Part shown: piece after piece, positions 14,502-27,514 of the stretch
Position numbering within the stretch: the stretch's first letter is position 1
How the letters are laid out: the number at the start of each line of letters is the position of its first letter
Assembly: GCA_964016885.1 (NCBI GenBank)
Contig: OZ024741.1
Span: forward strand, 53,568,001-53,632,000
DNA: 64,000 bases
Direction: 5' to 3'
From: Eledone cirrhosa
Lineage: Eukaryota
Position numbers and translations under genes: made by a program
The notes under the pieces: model-generated
What the model was told of the DNA's origin: nothing
The model's database searches: none
The model's input: the letters and a program-made list of their open reading frames with translations, nothing else

Positions 14502-15092
14502 ATCTATGTAGTTAGTGTTGTTAATTCTATTGTTACTAATGTAGAGTGTTGTTATTTCTGTTACTGTTAATATTGCTATATGTTAATGTTGCTTATATTA
14601 AATGTTAACGTTGTTATAGCTGTTACACTTCTGCTTATTATTGTTACTATAACAGTTAACATAGTTAATGTTGCTTATATTCTCCTCCATTGGGTTATAG
14701 TTGTTGTCGTCGTCGTCGTAATAGAGGTTGTAGTAATTCTTCAACAGAAGCTTAACAATGATGTTCAACGATATCAGCAGCGAAAAATCATTGATGCGTG
14801 TCCCTGACTTTTTCTATTACGTTGTAGTATTTCACAGATCATTAATTTTCCAGCAACATCCATTGATTGTTGTTGGAAAGGTTAACCTTGAGGGTTTGCA
14901 GTATAGTAAGACGAACGAAAACGAATGAATAAAAATCATAACAAAAATGAAGTGATAAGAAAAATAATAACACGGATGGATAAGGTCAGGGCAGCTGACC
15001 TGCTAAATCATGGAACTTATCAACAACGTTATTTTAGCAGCGTGATGTATGATTAAGGTAGGCATAAAACATAAAGTAAGTGAATAATGAAT

Positions 15093-15153
<61 letters not shown>

Positions 15154-15157
15154 TACA

Positions 15158-15322
<165 letters not shown>

Positions 15323-15495
15323 GCGTGTGTGTGTGTGATGAAGCGTAGAAAGAGACCTAGAGAGCGTAAAGGAACGCTTCCTCTTACATTACTCTCTCAT
15401 TACCACCTGATTCTGTTACCAATGTGCATTATTGAGGCTTCAAAAACGACCATTTTTATTATTCCACAATGCTTCAAGCAAACTTCTGCACTCTC

Positions 15496-15567
<72 letters not shown>

Positions 15568-15920
15568 CTTTCTCTTGATCATTAACATCTTCTCTTACAA
15601 CTAATACAGGCCGACTATATATATGTTTACTCCACTTTTCCCCTCACTGCTCTGTTTACACACACACACCCTTATATTAACATACTTTTGCTCATAGCTT
15701 CGTACTTACATGCACACATTCTCTTTTACCTATGTATGCACACACATTTCTTCTGAGCTTCGTACGGATGTATGATAACACACACACACACATGCTTACG
15801 CACGTGCACAAGCAGGGCTGTTTTTACAAAACGGTTTTTTTTTCCATTTCAGGTAAATCTGTTATTTTCCTCTAAAGACATTTTTTCAAATTCCAACCCG
15901 CCCGTACCCTCAATCTTCGT

Positions 15921-15956
15921 TCTTCTGATGAAGGACTAGCGTCCAAAACGTTAAGA
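15921..15956 (+). ncRNA. minimal type I HHR with a probably inactivating G12A change; same family as 34938
   Basis: tctt CTGATGA a ggac tagc gtcc AAAA cg TT aaga. The downstream ~100 nt matches 34850-34937 in reverse. Confidence 0.65.
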
Positions 15957-16056
15957 CCCCCTTCCTGCTATATCAAGCGTTATCCTAATATATCCCTTCC
16001 ATATACTGTACCGATTGTGTTGTTATTTATGTTTACCTTTTACATACATACCCCCT

Positions 16057-16179
<123 letters not shown>

Positions 16180-16307
16180 AATAATATAGGTAATATTAAT
16201 ATTATCCAATTACCAGTATGATAGTAGCTCGATGTAAAATAACGATTATAATACAGAGCCGGAATACTTTATAAATAACAATCAAAGAGTGTTTAATAAC
16301 ATTTAAT

Positions 16308-16354
16308 TACTAACGATCGTTTCATCCAAGCACAAGACCGCGTCCATCGGAGTA
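16308..16354 (-). ncRNA. degenerate minimal HHR
   Basis: tact CCGATGG ... GAAA cgatcg TT agta: palindromic helix III, two core mutations. Confidence 0.45.
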
Positions 16355-17525
16355 TAAATCAAAAGTTAGAATACAGATAACTTTGATTTAAGAGAGGAAA
16401 GCAAGAAGCACATGAAAAGCATGATCATATAAATGTGATTAAGAATCAGCAGCAAGGGGCCTTAAAACAGGCTGATATAAAGGAATGAAAAAAGAAAAAA
16501 TCTGGTATAAGGAATTTAAGCATAAAGTAGGCATATCATGCATTGACAAATTTACACATAATATAAGCAATACAACATTCTATAAAAGCTAGTGCATGGA
16601 TCAAATATTAACTCAAATTGAAGAATGTAACAATATTCTTCAATGTACATTTTCCCCATAAATCTCTCTCTCTATATATATATATATATAAGAAACAGGG
16701 GCTGTGTAGTTGCTGGATATGGTGTACTTATAAATAAAAGGTTGTTTGCTAGGATCCATGGATATTTCTACGCATTAAAAACAAGATATCTAACCCCAGT
16801 GCGTCAATAACTAAAGAAGTTATTGGGAAAAGAAAAGGCCAGATTGAAAAAAATATATATAGCAGAAGGGATAAGCGAAGAAAAAGGAAAAAAAACAGCG
16901 AAAAAATGGTAAACAACAAATTGAGGAGGGGAAACCGAAGCGCATGTGTGTGGGCATCTCGAAAAGGGAGAAACAAAATTTAATTCAACATCAAGTACTG
17001 AACTTAAGTCCGAGGCTGTGTGGACGAGAAAAAAAGTATATGTATACATATATACATATATACATATACATATATATGTATAAATATCTGTAGCCTTGTG
17101 GTTAGGGGCTTCGAATTCTCTCGGCCCGCTGGGTTAGCGCTCAAAACACATATTTTGCGATTCCCCAGTACACTCCGTTGGCGAAAAAAGACTTGTATCT
17201 ATAATACAAAAGCAGCTATGTTCCACTCTGTGAGATACTGAATAACTCAGAGAAATAAGTTAAAGGCTTCTATGGAATACTTAGTAATTTAAACGCTAAA
17301 GTCACTAACCAGTTGTTCCCATATTCAGACAGCAGGAACACATGTTGACATATCCGAAGGAAATCCAGCAGACACACACACAAATAAATGCATATATACA
17401 TGTGTGTGTATTATTATATGTATGTGATTATATATATGTAGTATTAGAAGGTAATCGGGACGGAAACAAGAGAAGAAAAGTTTCCGTTCGTCAGCTGTTT
17501 ACTACGGATCTTAGATGTTTGGACG

Positions 17526-17587
<62 letters not shown>

Positions 17588-17590
<3 letters not shown>

Positions 17591-17778
17591 AAGGAGTTGT
17601 GGTAAGGAACCAGATGGACCATAACGCACCAGTTTACTCACTACTTAGGGTAGTAGAGTGGATAATAGAAACATTTATGACCACGACGGCAGAGCTCAAG
17701 CCATTTTGACAGCTATTTCTGGAGTCCAGAAATAGCCGTCGAAACGGCTTGAGCTCTGCCGTCGGGGTCATACATTTT

Positions 17779-17782
<4 letters not shown>
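17588..17782 (-). mobile_element. fold-back element, family A
   Basis: Family-A terminus plus a palindrome centred at tctgga-g-tccaga; (TA)n flanks. Confidence 0.8.
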
Positions 17783-17811
<29 letters not shown>

Positions 17812-17813
<2 letters not shown>

Positions 17814-18261
17814 CGAAGGAAATGTGGTAAGGAACCAGATGGACCATAACGCACCAAAGTACTCAATACTTAGGGTAGTAGAGTGGGTAATAGGAACGAG
17901 TAGGACCCCGACGGCTGAGCTCAAGCTGTTTCGACGGCTAATTCTGGACTAAATGAAAATTTTTATCCTGGTACATGAATAGCCGAGCTTCTCAGGGAGT
18001 AATTCCATATATGGTAAAAATGATTGTCACAAGGATTGGTCAAACGTTTGTTGTTGAGACACATAATGCCATGATAGAACTATGTGTCTCAACAACTAAC
18101 TTTTGACCAATCGTTGTGACAATCACTTTTACCATATATGGAATTACCCCCTAAGAAGCTCGGCTGTTCATGTACCAGGATAAACATTTTCATTTAGTCC
18201 AGAATTAGCCGTCGAAACGGCTTGAGCTCACCCGTCGGGGTCCTACTCGTTACTCGTTCCT

Positions 18262-18262
<1 letters not shown>
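17812..18262. mobile_element. fold-back element, family A, longest copy, with a complete variant HHR on both arms (-17905..18000, +18146..18241)
   Basis: Arms about 17895-18065 and 18081-18250. Arm consensus: acccc CTGAGAA g(ct)cggcta..tagccg(t)c GAAA cggc ttgagctca gccg TC ggggt. Confidence 0.75.
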
Positions 18263-18300
<38 letters not shown>

Positions 18301-18306
<6 letters not shown>

Positions 18307-19010
18307 GTGGTTACACAACAGTTAGTTCACCATACCGAGAACAATTATTTCACCTTCGCGGATCTTCAGCTCGGGATGTATATGGTGATAGGAACAGAAA
18401 GGACAACTGTACGAACGCACATGCGCAGAAACTCGGTCACTTTACACAGGCAATAGTAGACTGCGTGCGGGGGGTGTAAGGGAGATAACTGCGAAAGTCC
18501 AGAAAGTTTTTTTGTTGAAAATAAAATAAAAAAATTTGAAAATAAAATTACAAAGAATCAGCCGGAGCCTTGTAGTTATGTAATAGATGTTTGGTGACGT
18601 GTGGACAACGTGTGAAAAATTCACTTCTCGTGTTTAGGCAATCACCTAAAGAGATTACGCAAGAGTGATTGCCTAAACACGAGGAGTGAATTTTTCACAC
18701 GTTGTCCACACGTCACCAAACATCTATTACATAACTACAAGGCTCCGGCTGATTCTTTGTAATTTTATTTTTAAACTTTTTTATTTTATTTTCAACCAAA
18801 AAACTCTCCGGACTTTCGCAGTTATCTCCCTTACACCCCCCCCCACGCAGTCTACTATTGCCTGTGTGAAGTGACCGAGTTTCTGCGCATGCGCGTTCGT
18901 ACGGTTGTTCTTTCTGTTCCCATAACCATATACATCCCGAGCTGAAGATCCGCGAAGGTGAAACAATTGTTCTCGGTATGGTGAACTAACTGTTGTGTAA
19001 CCACTTCTAT
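18301..19010. mobile_element. ~710-bp near-perfect palindrome (arms ~350 bp) with a minimal HHR on each arm (-18335..18374, +18937..18976)
   Basis: ccgag CTGAAGA t cc gcgaa gg t GAAA caattg TT ctcgg; helix III is the palindrome ACAATTGT. Centre near 18650-18665. Confidence 0.85.
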
Positions 19011-19070
19011 CTAATTCGTCCCTTGGACTGAGTGCTCTACCACTACGGATATTACCTTCCAGTGTTCCAC

Positions 19071-19154
<84 letters not shown>

Positions 19155-19155
19155 A

Positions 19156-19335
19156 AAGAAAGTGTGGTAAGAAACCAGGTGGACCATAATCCACCAGATT
19201 ACTTGGTACTTAGGGTAGTAGAGTGGGCAATAGGAAAATAGTCAGTATACCGACGGCTGAGCTCCGGCCGTTTCGACAATCTAGCTGTCGAAAGGGCCGG
19301 AGCTCAACCGTCGGTGTTCTGACACTTTTCCTATA
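19156..19335 (-). mobile_element. fold-back element, family A variant
   Basis: Family-A terminus; palindrome turning at ctag near 19281. Confidence 0.7.
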
Positions 19336-19699
19336 AATATATGTATATATATATATATTTATACACATAGGGATTCCATTTATCCTGTACTCGTAGTCCG
19401 TTGTGAATTTCAAGTCGTTACCATGGTACCAAAGTATTCATCATTCTCTGCCCTTTTCGATAAATCCTGGGAGCATCCTTCATGTATGTGTGTATATATA
19501 TATATACATATATGAGCCAGTCCACCGCATAGGGTCAGTTGTGTGTTTAATATTTATACCTGTTTTGTACGTTCTGAGTTAAATACCTTCAGGGTCCACT
19601 TCACCTTTTATTCATTCTTTCGGTAAAAAATGGGCCACCCCAATGGTGGTGTTTACCTGCCTCCCTCAGCTAAAACATCTTAGACATTTCACCGAATCA

Positions 19700-21090
19700 A
19701 GAAAGAAAGCGCTGGGAGGATGTTATGTGCTGCAAAGACCGGGAAGACGACACATCAGCGAAGTGCTTGATGCAAAATGAGATACAGTGTAGGTATATTG
19801 CTTAGGTAAATATTAGCCCGCGAGACCTTCAGTTTCCTTTGAAAATGCTTGTGATATATGATATAACAATCTGAACCTGTAGGGCTCAAAGTCGGATTTT
19901 TACCTCATCAATTTATATATATTTGTTTTGCGAGACTTTTTATATGAAATCGTGTGTCGAAACAAATATTGTTATACTTGGGGAGCGTCATATTGTTGTA
20001 ATAATATTGCCAGAAATAATAACAGAACACACTCACTGTTTGGTTGGTTTTCGCTTCTGTATCTTTTATATCTCCACAGTTAATTCATTTGGTCAGCAAT
20101 GCTTATCATTGACTGACCAACGGTCAAACATACAGATATAATATAGATAGTGGTAGAAAAGCCAGGTACTACCATGAAATCCCTGATCAGCAAAACAAAC
20201 CCTTTTAAGAAAACCCACTGTACTAACAGGAAATGTCTTACATGTAAAGTAATCCCCCAGATAAACTGTAAAACTAGAAACGTAGTCTATAGCATAAGAT
20301 GTACAGAGGGTACTTGCAGAAACATGACAACAACATACACAGGCGAGACAGCTGGAAGCATAGGAGAAAGGTTAGACCAACACTGGGGGGCATTAAAAGG
20401 ACGAAAAACGATTCAGTACTATACGAACACGCCAGACGACAACATGGCGGTAACATAGACAACATAGAAATTAAAATAATATCTAAACATAGAAATGACC
20501 CAGCAGATAGGCAAATCAGAGAGGAAGCAAAATAGAGGTTAGAAGGCCAAAGCTAAACAGAAAAAATGAATGGAATAACAACACCCAAACAAACAATACT
20601 GACTTAAGAGAAATATAAATAAATAAATAAATAAATACACAAGCACAATAACAACAAACACATATAAACACACACAAGTAAACTAAGATAGAATACAATA
20701 AACAAAACACAGTCACCCAAACGCGAACACACACCAAACAATATACAAACACGCAAGCGCATGCGCAGAGAAGGAGACAAAAATAAATAAATAAACAGAT
20801 AAAATAAAAATGGCGTAGACATACAATACAACATGAGGAACATAATAGCACCACTGACGATGTTGCAGATGTGCAACGAAAGATCTTTGATAGACTATAT
20901 ATATGTGTCTATATCTATGTTATATCAGTATTTTTAACCGTTGGTCATTCAATGATAAACATTGAGGACCAAATGAATTAACTGATATAACAGATACAGA
21001 AGCGAAAACCAACCAAACAGTGAATGTGTTCTTTTAGTATTTCTGGCAATATTATTATAATATGACCCTCCCCAAGTATAACAACATTTA
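19700..21090 (+). mobile_element. 5'-truncated Penelope-like element: inverted pLTR, GIY-YIG endonuclease remnant, pLTR
   Basis: 20150-20580 encodes CTNRKCLTC..CKTRNVVYSIRC..YTGET..IGERLDQH..SVLYEH (frameshifted). 19965-20148 is the reverse complement of 20908-21088. Left boundary uncertain. Confidence 0.85.
20850..20892 (+). ncRNA. minimal type I HHR in PLE pLTR
   Basis: ca CTGACGA t gttgca gatg tgcaac GAAA gatc TT tg; helix III palindrome AGATCT; helix I eroded. Confidence 0.75.
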
Positions 21091-21588
21091 TATATATATA
21101 TATATATATATATTTAGTATAAGTTGGTTGTTTACCGACACCTCAGTATGCAGATTGGAGCACTCGACGAAGTGCGCAGGTTGGTTTGGTTACTCCGGAG
21201 TAATATAAAATAAATTAAAATAAATAAGTCAAATATTCACACAGGTCCTTTTAAAATCAACAGTAGCAGGACTTAAATCTGACCCCAGCACCAACACCAC
21301 TACCAACATAAGGGTAGAGGCCAGATGTACTTAACAATAACAAAAATAACCACTACAGATTGCCTCGCCTCAGAACGAATTTCTATAGAGTTTTGACTGA
21401 GGAATGTTCTCACAACTGACCAATGGGAGGAGAGGGTGTCATTTGACGCTGAAATTCGTTTGTTTAAATTCATTTGATTCCAGTTCCTCATAGAAAAAAC
21501 AATCCAACCAGGAACTGGGCATATCAGAGTATTGACAAAGTTAAACACCTCAACAACATGTGTATTCGTCTCTACCACACTAATTCGG

Positions 21589-21643
21589 ACTGCCTGAAGA
21601 GGTCACAACCAAAGATGGCTGTCACCGAAATATATATAGCAGT
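21589..21643 (+). ncRNA. type I HHR in a fold-back element spanning about 21115-21700
   Basis: actgc CTGAAGA ggtcacaacc aaagat ggctgtcacc GAAA tatata TA gcagt. Inverted arm 21203-21238 pairs with 21665-21700. Confidence 0.85.
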
Positions 21644-21688
21644 AATAAACGAAGCCAAATTTTAAATATTTGACTTATTTATTTTAAT

Positions 21689-21750
<62 letters not shown>

Positions 21751-22049
21751 GTTGTTATACTTGGGGAGGGTCATATTGCTGTAATAATAAAGAATTCTTT
21801 ATGTGTGTGTATATACAAATATATACACACACAAAGAATTCTTTTCTCTTTTCTTATATTGTTATATATATATATTTATTTGCATGCCAACACAAGAGCG
21901 AGAATGAAGGGCTCATCGTACTGACATGACTTATAAAAAAGGCTGTTTGCATAATTGCCAACGAATCGAATATTATTATTAACATTCGAAAAACTCAGAT
22001 TACTTTTATATATATATAATACTATAAGAATATGGAAAACATTTATTTT

Positions 22050-22385
22050 TAAATCAATTACTTGTTTTATATGTTTCAATACATTATATTTAATTAATAA
22101 TCATGTTATGCTCAATTTAATAGACGATATCAGAAGATTATCAACAAATGTGTAACATCACAATCAAAATAAAAGATTACACATTGACCTGGAAAGAAGC
22201 AGCTCCTAACAAAACGATGTACAATTTTTAGAGATGCTTGTTTTCAGGTCAACGTGTAATCTTTTGTTTTGCTTCTGGTGATATCCACTAGTTGATAATG
22301 ATTTCTTATCCTCTACTAAATTGAACATAACATAATTAAATATGATGTATTGAAACATATGTAAGACAAGTAAATGGTTTGAAAG
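22050..22385. repeat. old fold-back inverted repeat with degenerate HHR
   Basis: Arms about 22050-22205 and 22230-22385. Plus strand: ttgctt CTGGTGA ... GAAA catatg TA agacaa. Confidence 0.6.
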
Positions 22386-23228
22386 AATTGTTTTCTGTCT
22401 GCTAGTATTGTTATATATTCTTTGTGTTGTTATATATCCCTAACTCTTCTATACTTTAAATAATCTAAGCTCTCTCCTGTATTTCTGTGTACATATCTAA
22501 AATGACATTAAAACATTGATCTTGAATCTACTATTACTTGCAAGGTATTACCCCTCTTCAGACTAACTCTATATAACTAGCTATATGCATATGCTCCTAC
22601 ACCTTGAATATGATTGTACCGATGATGTGGAGTTCTTTGGTCAGTTTAAACTGGCCAAGTCCATCCCTCTACTGTTCTGAACATAGTCGATTTCTTTCAG
22701 AGAAAAATAAATAAAATAGAGTGAATGAGAGAGGGGGGGGGGCAGAAAGAGAGACTGTGAGACAGAAGGAGAGAGAAAGAGTGAGCGAGAAACAGAGATG
22801 AAGAATCAATTTCAACTGGTATTTTCTTAAGATTCAAAATGTTCTAAATCAGAAGGTGACCGCGGTGAGATTTAAACTTAGAACGCTGAGATCAAGAACG
22901 AATACCGATAAGTGTAAGTATTATATCAGGGCCCTAAATAACCACCAAAGTGTGCATATACATAATGAGGGAATGGGTAACTTCGATCACAGTTGATTAT
23001 AAATTTACTCAATAAGGACTGACTTGTGGAGTTAGAGCGACACGACTCAAAATACATTAAATTCCATCTTTATATAAGACGCTTCCTATCACAGGCAAAA
23101 ACACACACAACCACTCGCATTTCAACCCCCTCCTCTCTCACTCTCTCTCTCTCTCATTCGTTACCTCTTCTTTCTTCTCCCCCTCTCTCTCTCTCTCTCT
23201 CGCTCTCTCTCTATATATATATATATAA

Positions 23229-23348
23229 ACGGCTTGACCTCTGCCGTCGGCGTCGTATTTTTTCATATTACCCACTCAAATACCCTAAGTATTGAGTACT
23301 CTGGTGTGTTATGGTCCATCTGGTTCTTTACCACATGTCCTTCGTTAT
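23229..23348 (+). mobile_element. family A 3' fragment
   Basis: Begins at aaacggcttgacctctgccgtcgg (HHR helix III) and runs to the family-A terminus. Confidence 0.7.
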
Positions 23349-23456
23349 ATACATATATATATATATATGCAAAAGTTCTATTTAAAGTTGTTGGGATTCA
23401 ACAAGTAAATATTTTTATAACTGATATAAAGCACTCGACAAATTTTTGAAGTAGAT

Positions 23457-24047
<591 letters not shown>

Positions 24048-24115
24048 CATATATATATAAATACATATATAGATATATATGTATATATCTATGTCTATCT
24101 ATCTATATCTATATA

Positions 24116-24178
<63 letters not shown>

Positions 24179-24184
<6 letters not shown>

Positions 24185-24594
24185 GAATAGAATGAAATGA
24201 AATTTCATTTCTCACTCTTAGTACGGCATTTACTCACTAAGAATGAGAAATGAAATTTCATTTCATTCTATTCCATTTTATCGTTTTCGGTGCGCCTGGC
24301 CGACTGAACTCACTCGATATGCAAATTAGGCTGCTCAGCCGTTAATTTTCATAAGGAAAGTATATGCTTTCGAACGTTCAACCATCTGGCAGAAGGGTAT
24401 ACGGTGCTGACGATAGCTAACAAGCTTGAAACTAGTACATCGTTCCTGTGTCAGTGTTGAACAAAAAGGTGACGTGGTTGCCTTAACACCGTACGGTATA
24501 AATCAGGCTGTCCGTTTGTTTACAAACGGACAAAGCGAGCATTATAATAAATGTTCGTTAAACTGATACGTACATATATATGTGTGTGCCTGTA

Positions 24595-24651
<57 letters not shown>

Positions 24652-25076
24652 GCTACTGTACGTCTGTATGCATATATGTATGTACGTATACATACATACT
24701 TACATTTAAGTAAGTGCCGTACTAAGAGTGAGAAATGAAATTTCATTTCATTCTATTCCATTTTATCGTTTTCGGTGCGCCTGGCCGACTGAACTCACTC
24801 GATATGCAAATTAGGCTGCTCAGCCGTTAATTTTCATAAGGAAAGTATATACTTTCGAACGTTCAACGATCTGGCAGAAGGGTATACGGTGCTGACGATA
24901 GCTAACAAGCTTGAAACTAGTACATCGTTCCTGTGTCAGAGTTGAACAGAAAGGTGACGTGGTTGCCTTAACACCGTACGGCATAATCAGGCTGTCCGTT
25001 TGTTTACAAACGGACAAAGCGAGCATTATAATAAATGTTCGCTAAACTGATACGTACATATATATATGTGAGCCTG

Positions 25077-25129
<53 letters not shown>

Positions 25130-25178
25130 GCTACTGTACGTCTGTATGCATATATGTATGTACGTATACATACATACT

Positions 25179-25259
<81 letters not shown>

Positions 25260-25308
25260 GCTACTGTACGTCTGTATGCATATATGTATGTACGTATACA
25301 TACATACT

Positions 25309-25313
<5 letters not shown>
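24179..25313 (+). mobile_element. retrozyme-like tandem array (485-nt period) with short 5' inverted repeat; HHRs at 24401-24443 and 24886-24928
   Basis: About two near-identical non-coding monomers, each with acggtg CTGACGA t agct aaca agct t GAAA ctag TA catcgt. 24179-24222 is inverted relative to 24236-24279. Confidence 0.85.
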
Positions 25314-25395
<82 letters not shown>

Positions 25396-25880
25396 CTCCT
25401 GTGTTGTTGTTTTCGACTTTTCCATATATATATGGAAATATTTGAAATGGTGGAATCCAAATAGCTATAAATTATAATAGATTTTTCAAAAAGCGCATAA
25501 AATACTCTCAAGTCACTATTTTCTGTTTACAAGAGTATTTCACCCGATTTTCTAAAGCTATTTATTATTATTTATAGCAATTTCAGCGTTTTGATTCTGC
25601 GAGCATTTAAATTTTCAAATCATCCCTGTGCCTCGATAAATCATATTCCTCTATATTTGCATCATTCTCTCCACCCACTCAATCATTCTCTGTTTCTATA
25701 ACCGGCGCTACGCATGTCTGTCTACATGTATGTCTGTCACTTTCTCCCAACCCTCTCTCTCGCTCCCTCTCTCTTTCTCTCATTCATGATCTCATATTCT
25801 TCATTCGATTTTTCCTCCAGAAATGCGTTAAGCGTATATTTCTAATTACATTTTTGAGGGTGTTTCTATTATATATACAT

Positions 25881-26028
<148 letters not shown>

Positions 26029-26490
26029 GGAGATATATTCATATATCTATATGAAAATACATATACATGTGTGTGTGTGTGTGTGCGTGTGCGCGAGTGT
26101 ATATATATGGATGTGTACGTCGATACACATATACATCGATGCGTTACTGACACACGTACATTCACTTACATAATCATATCTATTGATGTATGTATATATG
26201 TACGCATGTGGGCACAGATATATTAAAAAACAACAGTCTTCAAAATTGATATGCACCAGCTTTCAATTTATTCGACACTAATCAGAAAATAATGTTTTCT
26301 TGGACAATATATTGCTTTGTGAAATATATGTATGTATGTATATATGTATGTATGTAGATGTGTCCGCGTATGTCTGTATATATGTATGCATATAACCATG
26401 TGTGTGTATGCATCTATTACGCCTGCTGTCATGTAAGCATGTACGCATGCTTCTATACATACATACATACATACACATAGAATACAAATG

Positions 26491-26558
<68 letters not shown>

Positions 26559-26837
26559 CACATGCATAATTACATACGCATACGTATACATACGTACCTC
26601 ACACACACACATATACACATATACATATGTATACATACATAAAAATATACATACATACATACGTACATATATACATATGTATATACATAAGCACATAGAT
26701 ACATAGTATTACATACTCCAGAGGAATATTTGACAATTTAATGATATACTATAGCAAGTATGTAGCCAATAATAATCTTACTTATTTAAAACCATATTAC
26801 AGCCTAGACAATCTACACACCATTAAACCGTGAGGGA

Positions 26838-27068
26838 GTGAGGCACTCCGTCGGTTACGACGAGTGCTCCAGTTTATCCGATCAGCGTAACAGCCTACTC
26901 CTGAAATTAACGTACAAGTGTACCCATAACACAGTTTTCAAGGAGATTCCGCGTGACATAGAATATGGAAAGACTGGTCATCCAAATGACAGATACAACT
27001 TATTTTTGCCAGCTGAGTCAACTGAAGCAACGTGAAATAAATGTGTCTTGCTCAAGGACAAAACGCAA
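26838..27068 (-). mobile_element. SINE family 2 (CORE-like tgtccttgagcaagacac motif)
   Basis: Shares tgtccttgagc.agacac..tatttc.cgttgct with 43670-43760 (+) and 56805-57020 (-). Confidence 0.7.
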
Positions 27069-27221
27069 CAGTTGCTAATTGACTTCGTGTTGAAAGTGTA
27101 AGCAAGCAAAGGCACGCTAGGTCAATTGTATCCATTCAGCTTAAAGTTGGCGATCAAACCAAACGGAGTTACCATGTATGAAATCAACGTTTGTGTAACT
27201 TTTGTTTTAACGTTTATTTCA

Positions 27222-27311
<90 letters not shown>

Positions 27312-27514
27312 TGTGTGTCTGTCTGTCTGTCTGTGTCTGTTTGTATATATGTACGTATGTATGTTAGACATACGTTGGAGGAAGGCTCACTGAGGCAGAG
27401 ATGTTCTTATTTAATATTTTTGTTTACTTAACAATGTTCATTGCATGACAAAATGAAAAAGATTTCCTTAGCAAGAAGTAATTAGAGTTTTTGCAGTTAA
27501 TTTTAGACTTTAGA

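Noticed and set aside
15835-15858. Recursive splice-site-like tttttccatttcagGTAAAT on the plus strand
   Set aside because: Lies next to a repeat remnant, no plus-strand gene is evident, and such motifs arise by chance in AT-rich DNA.
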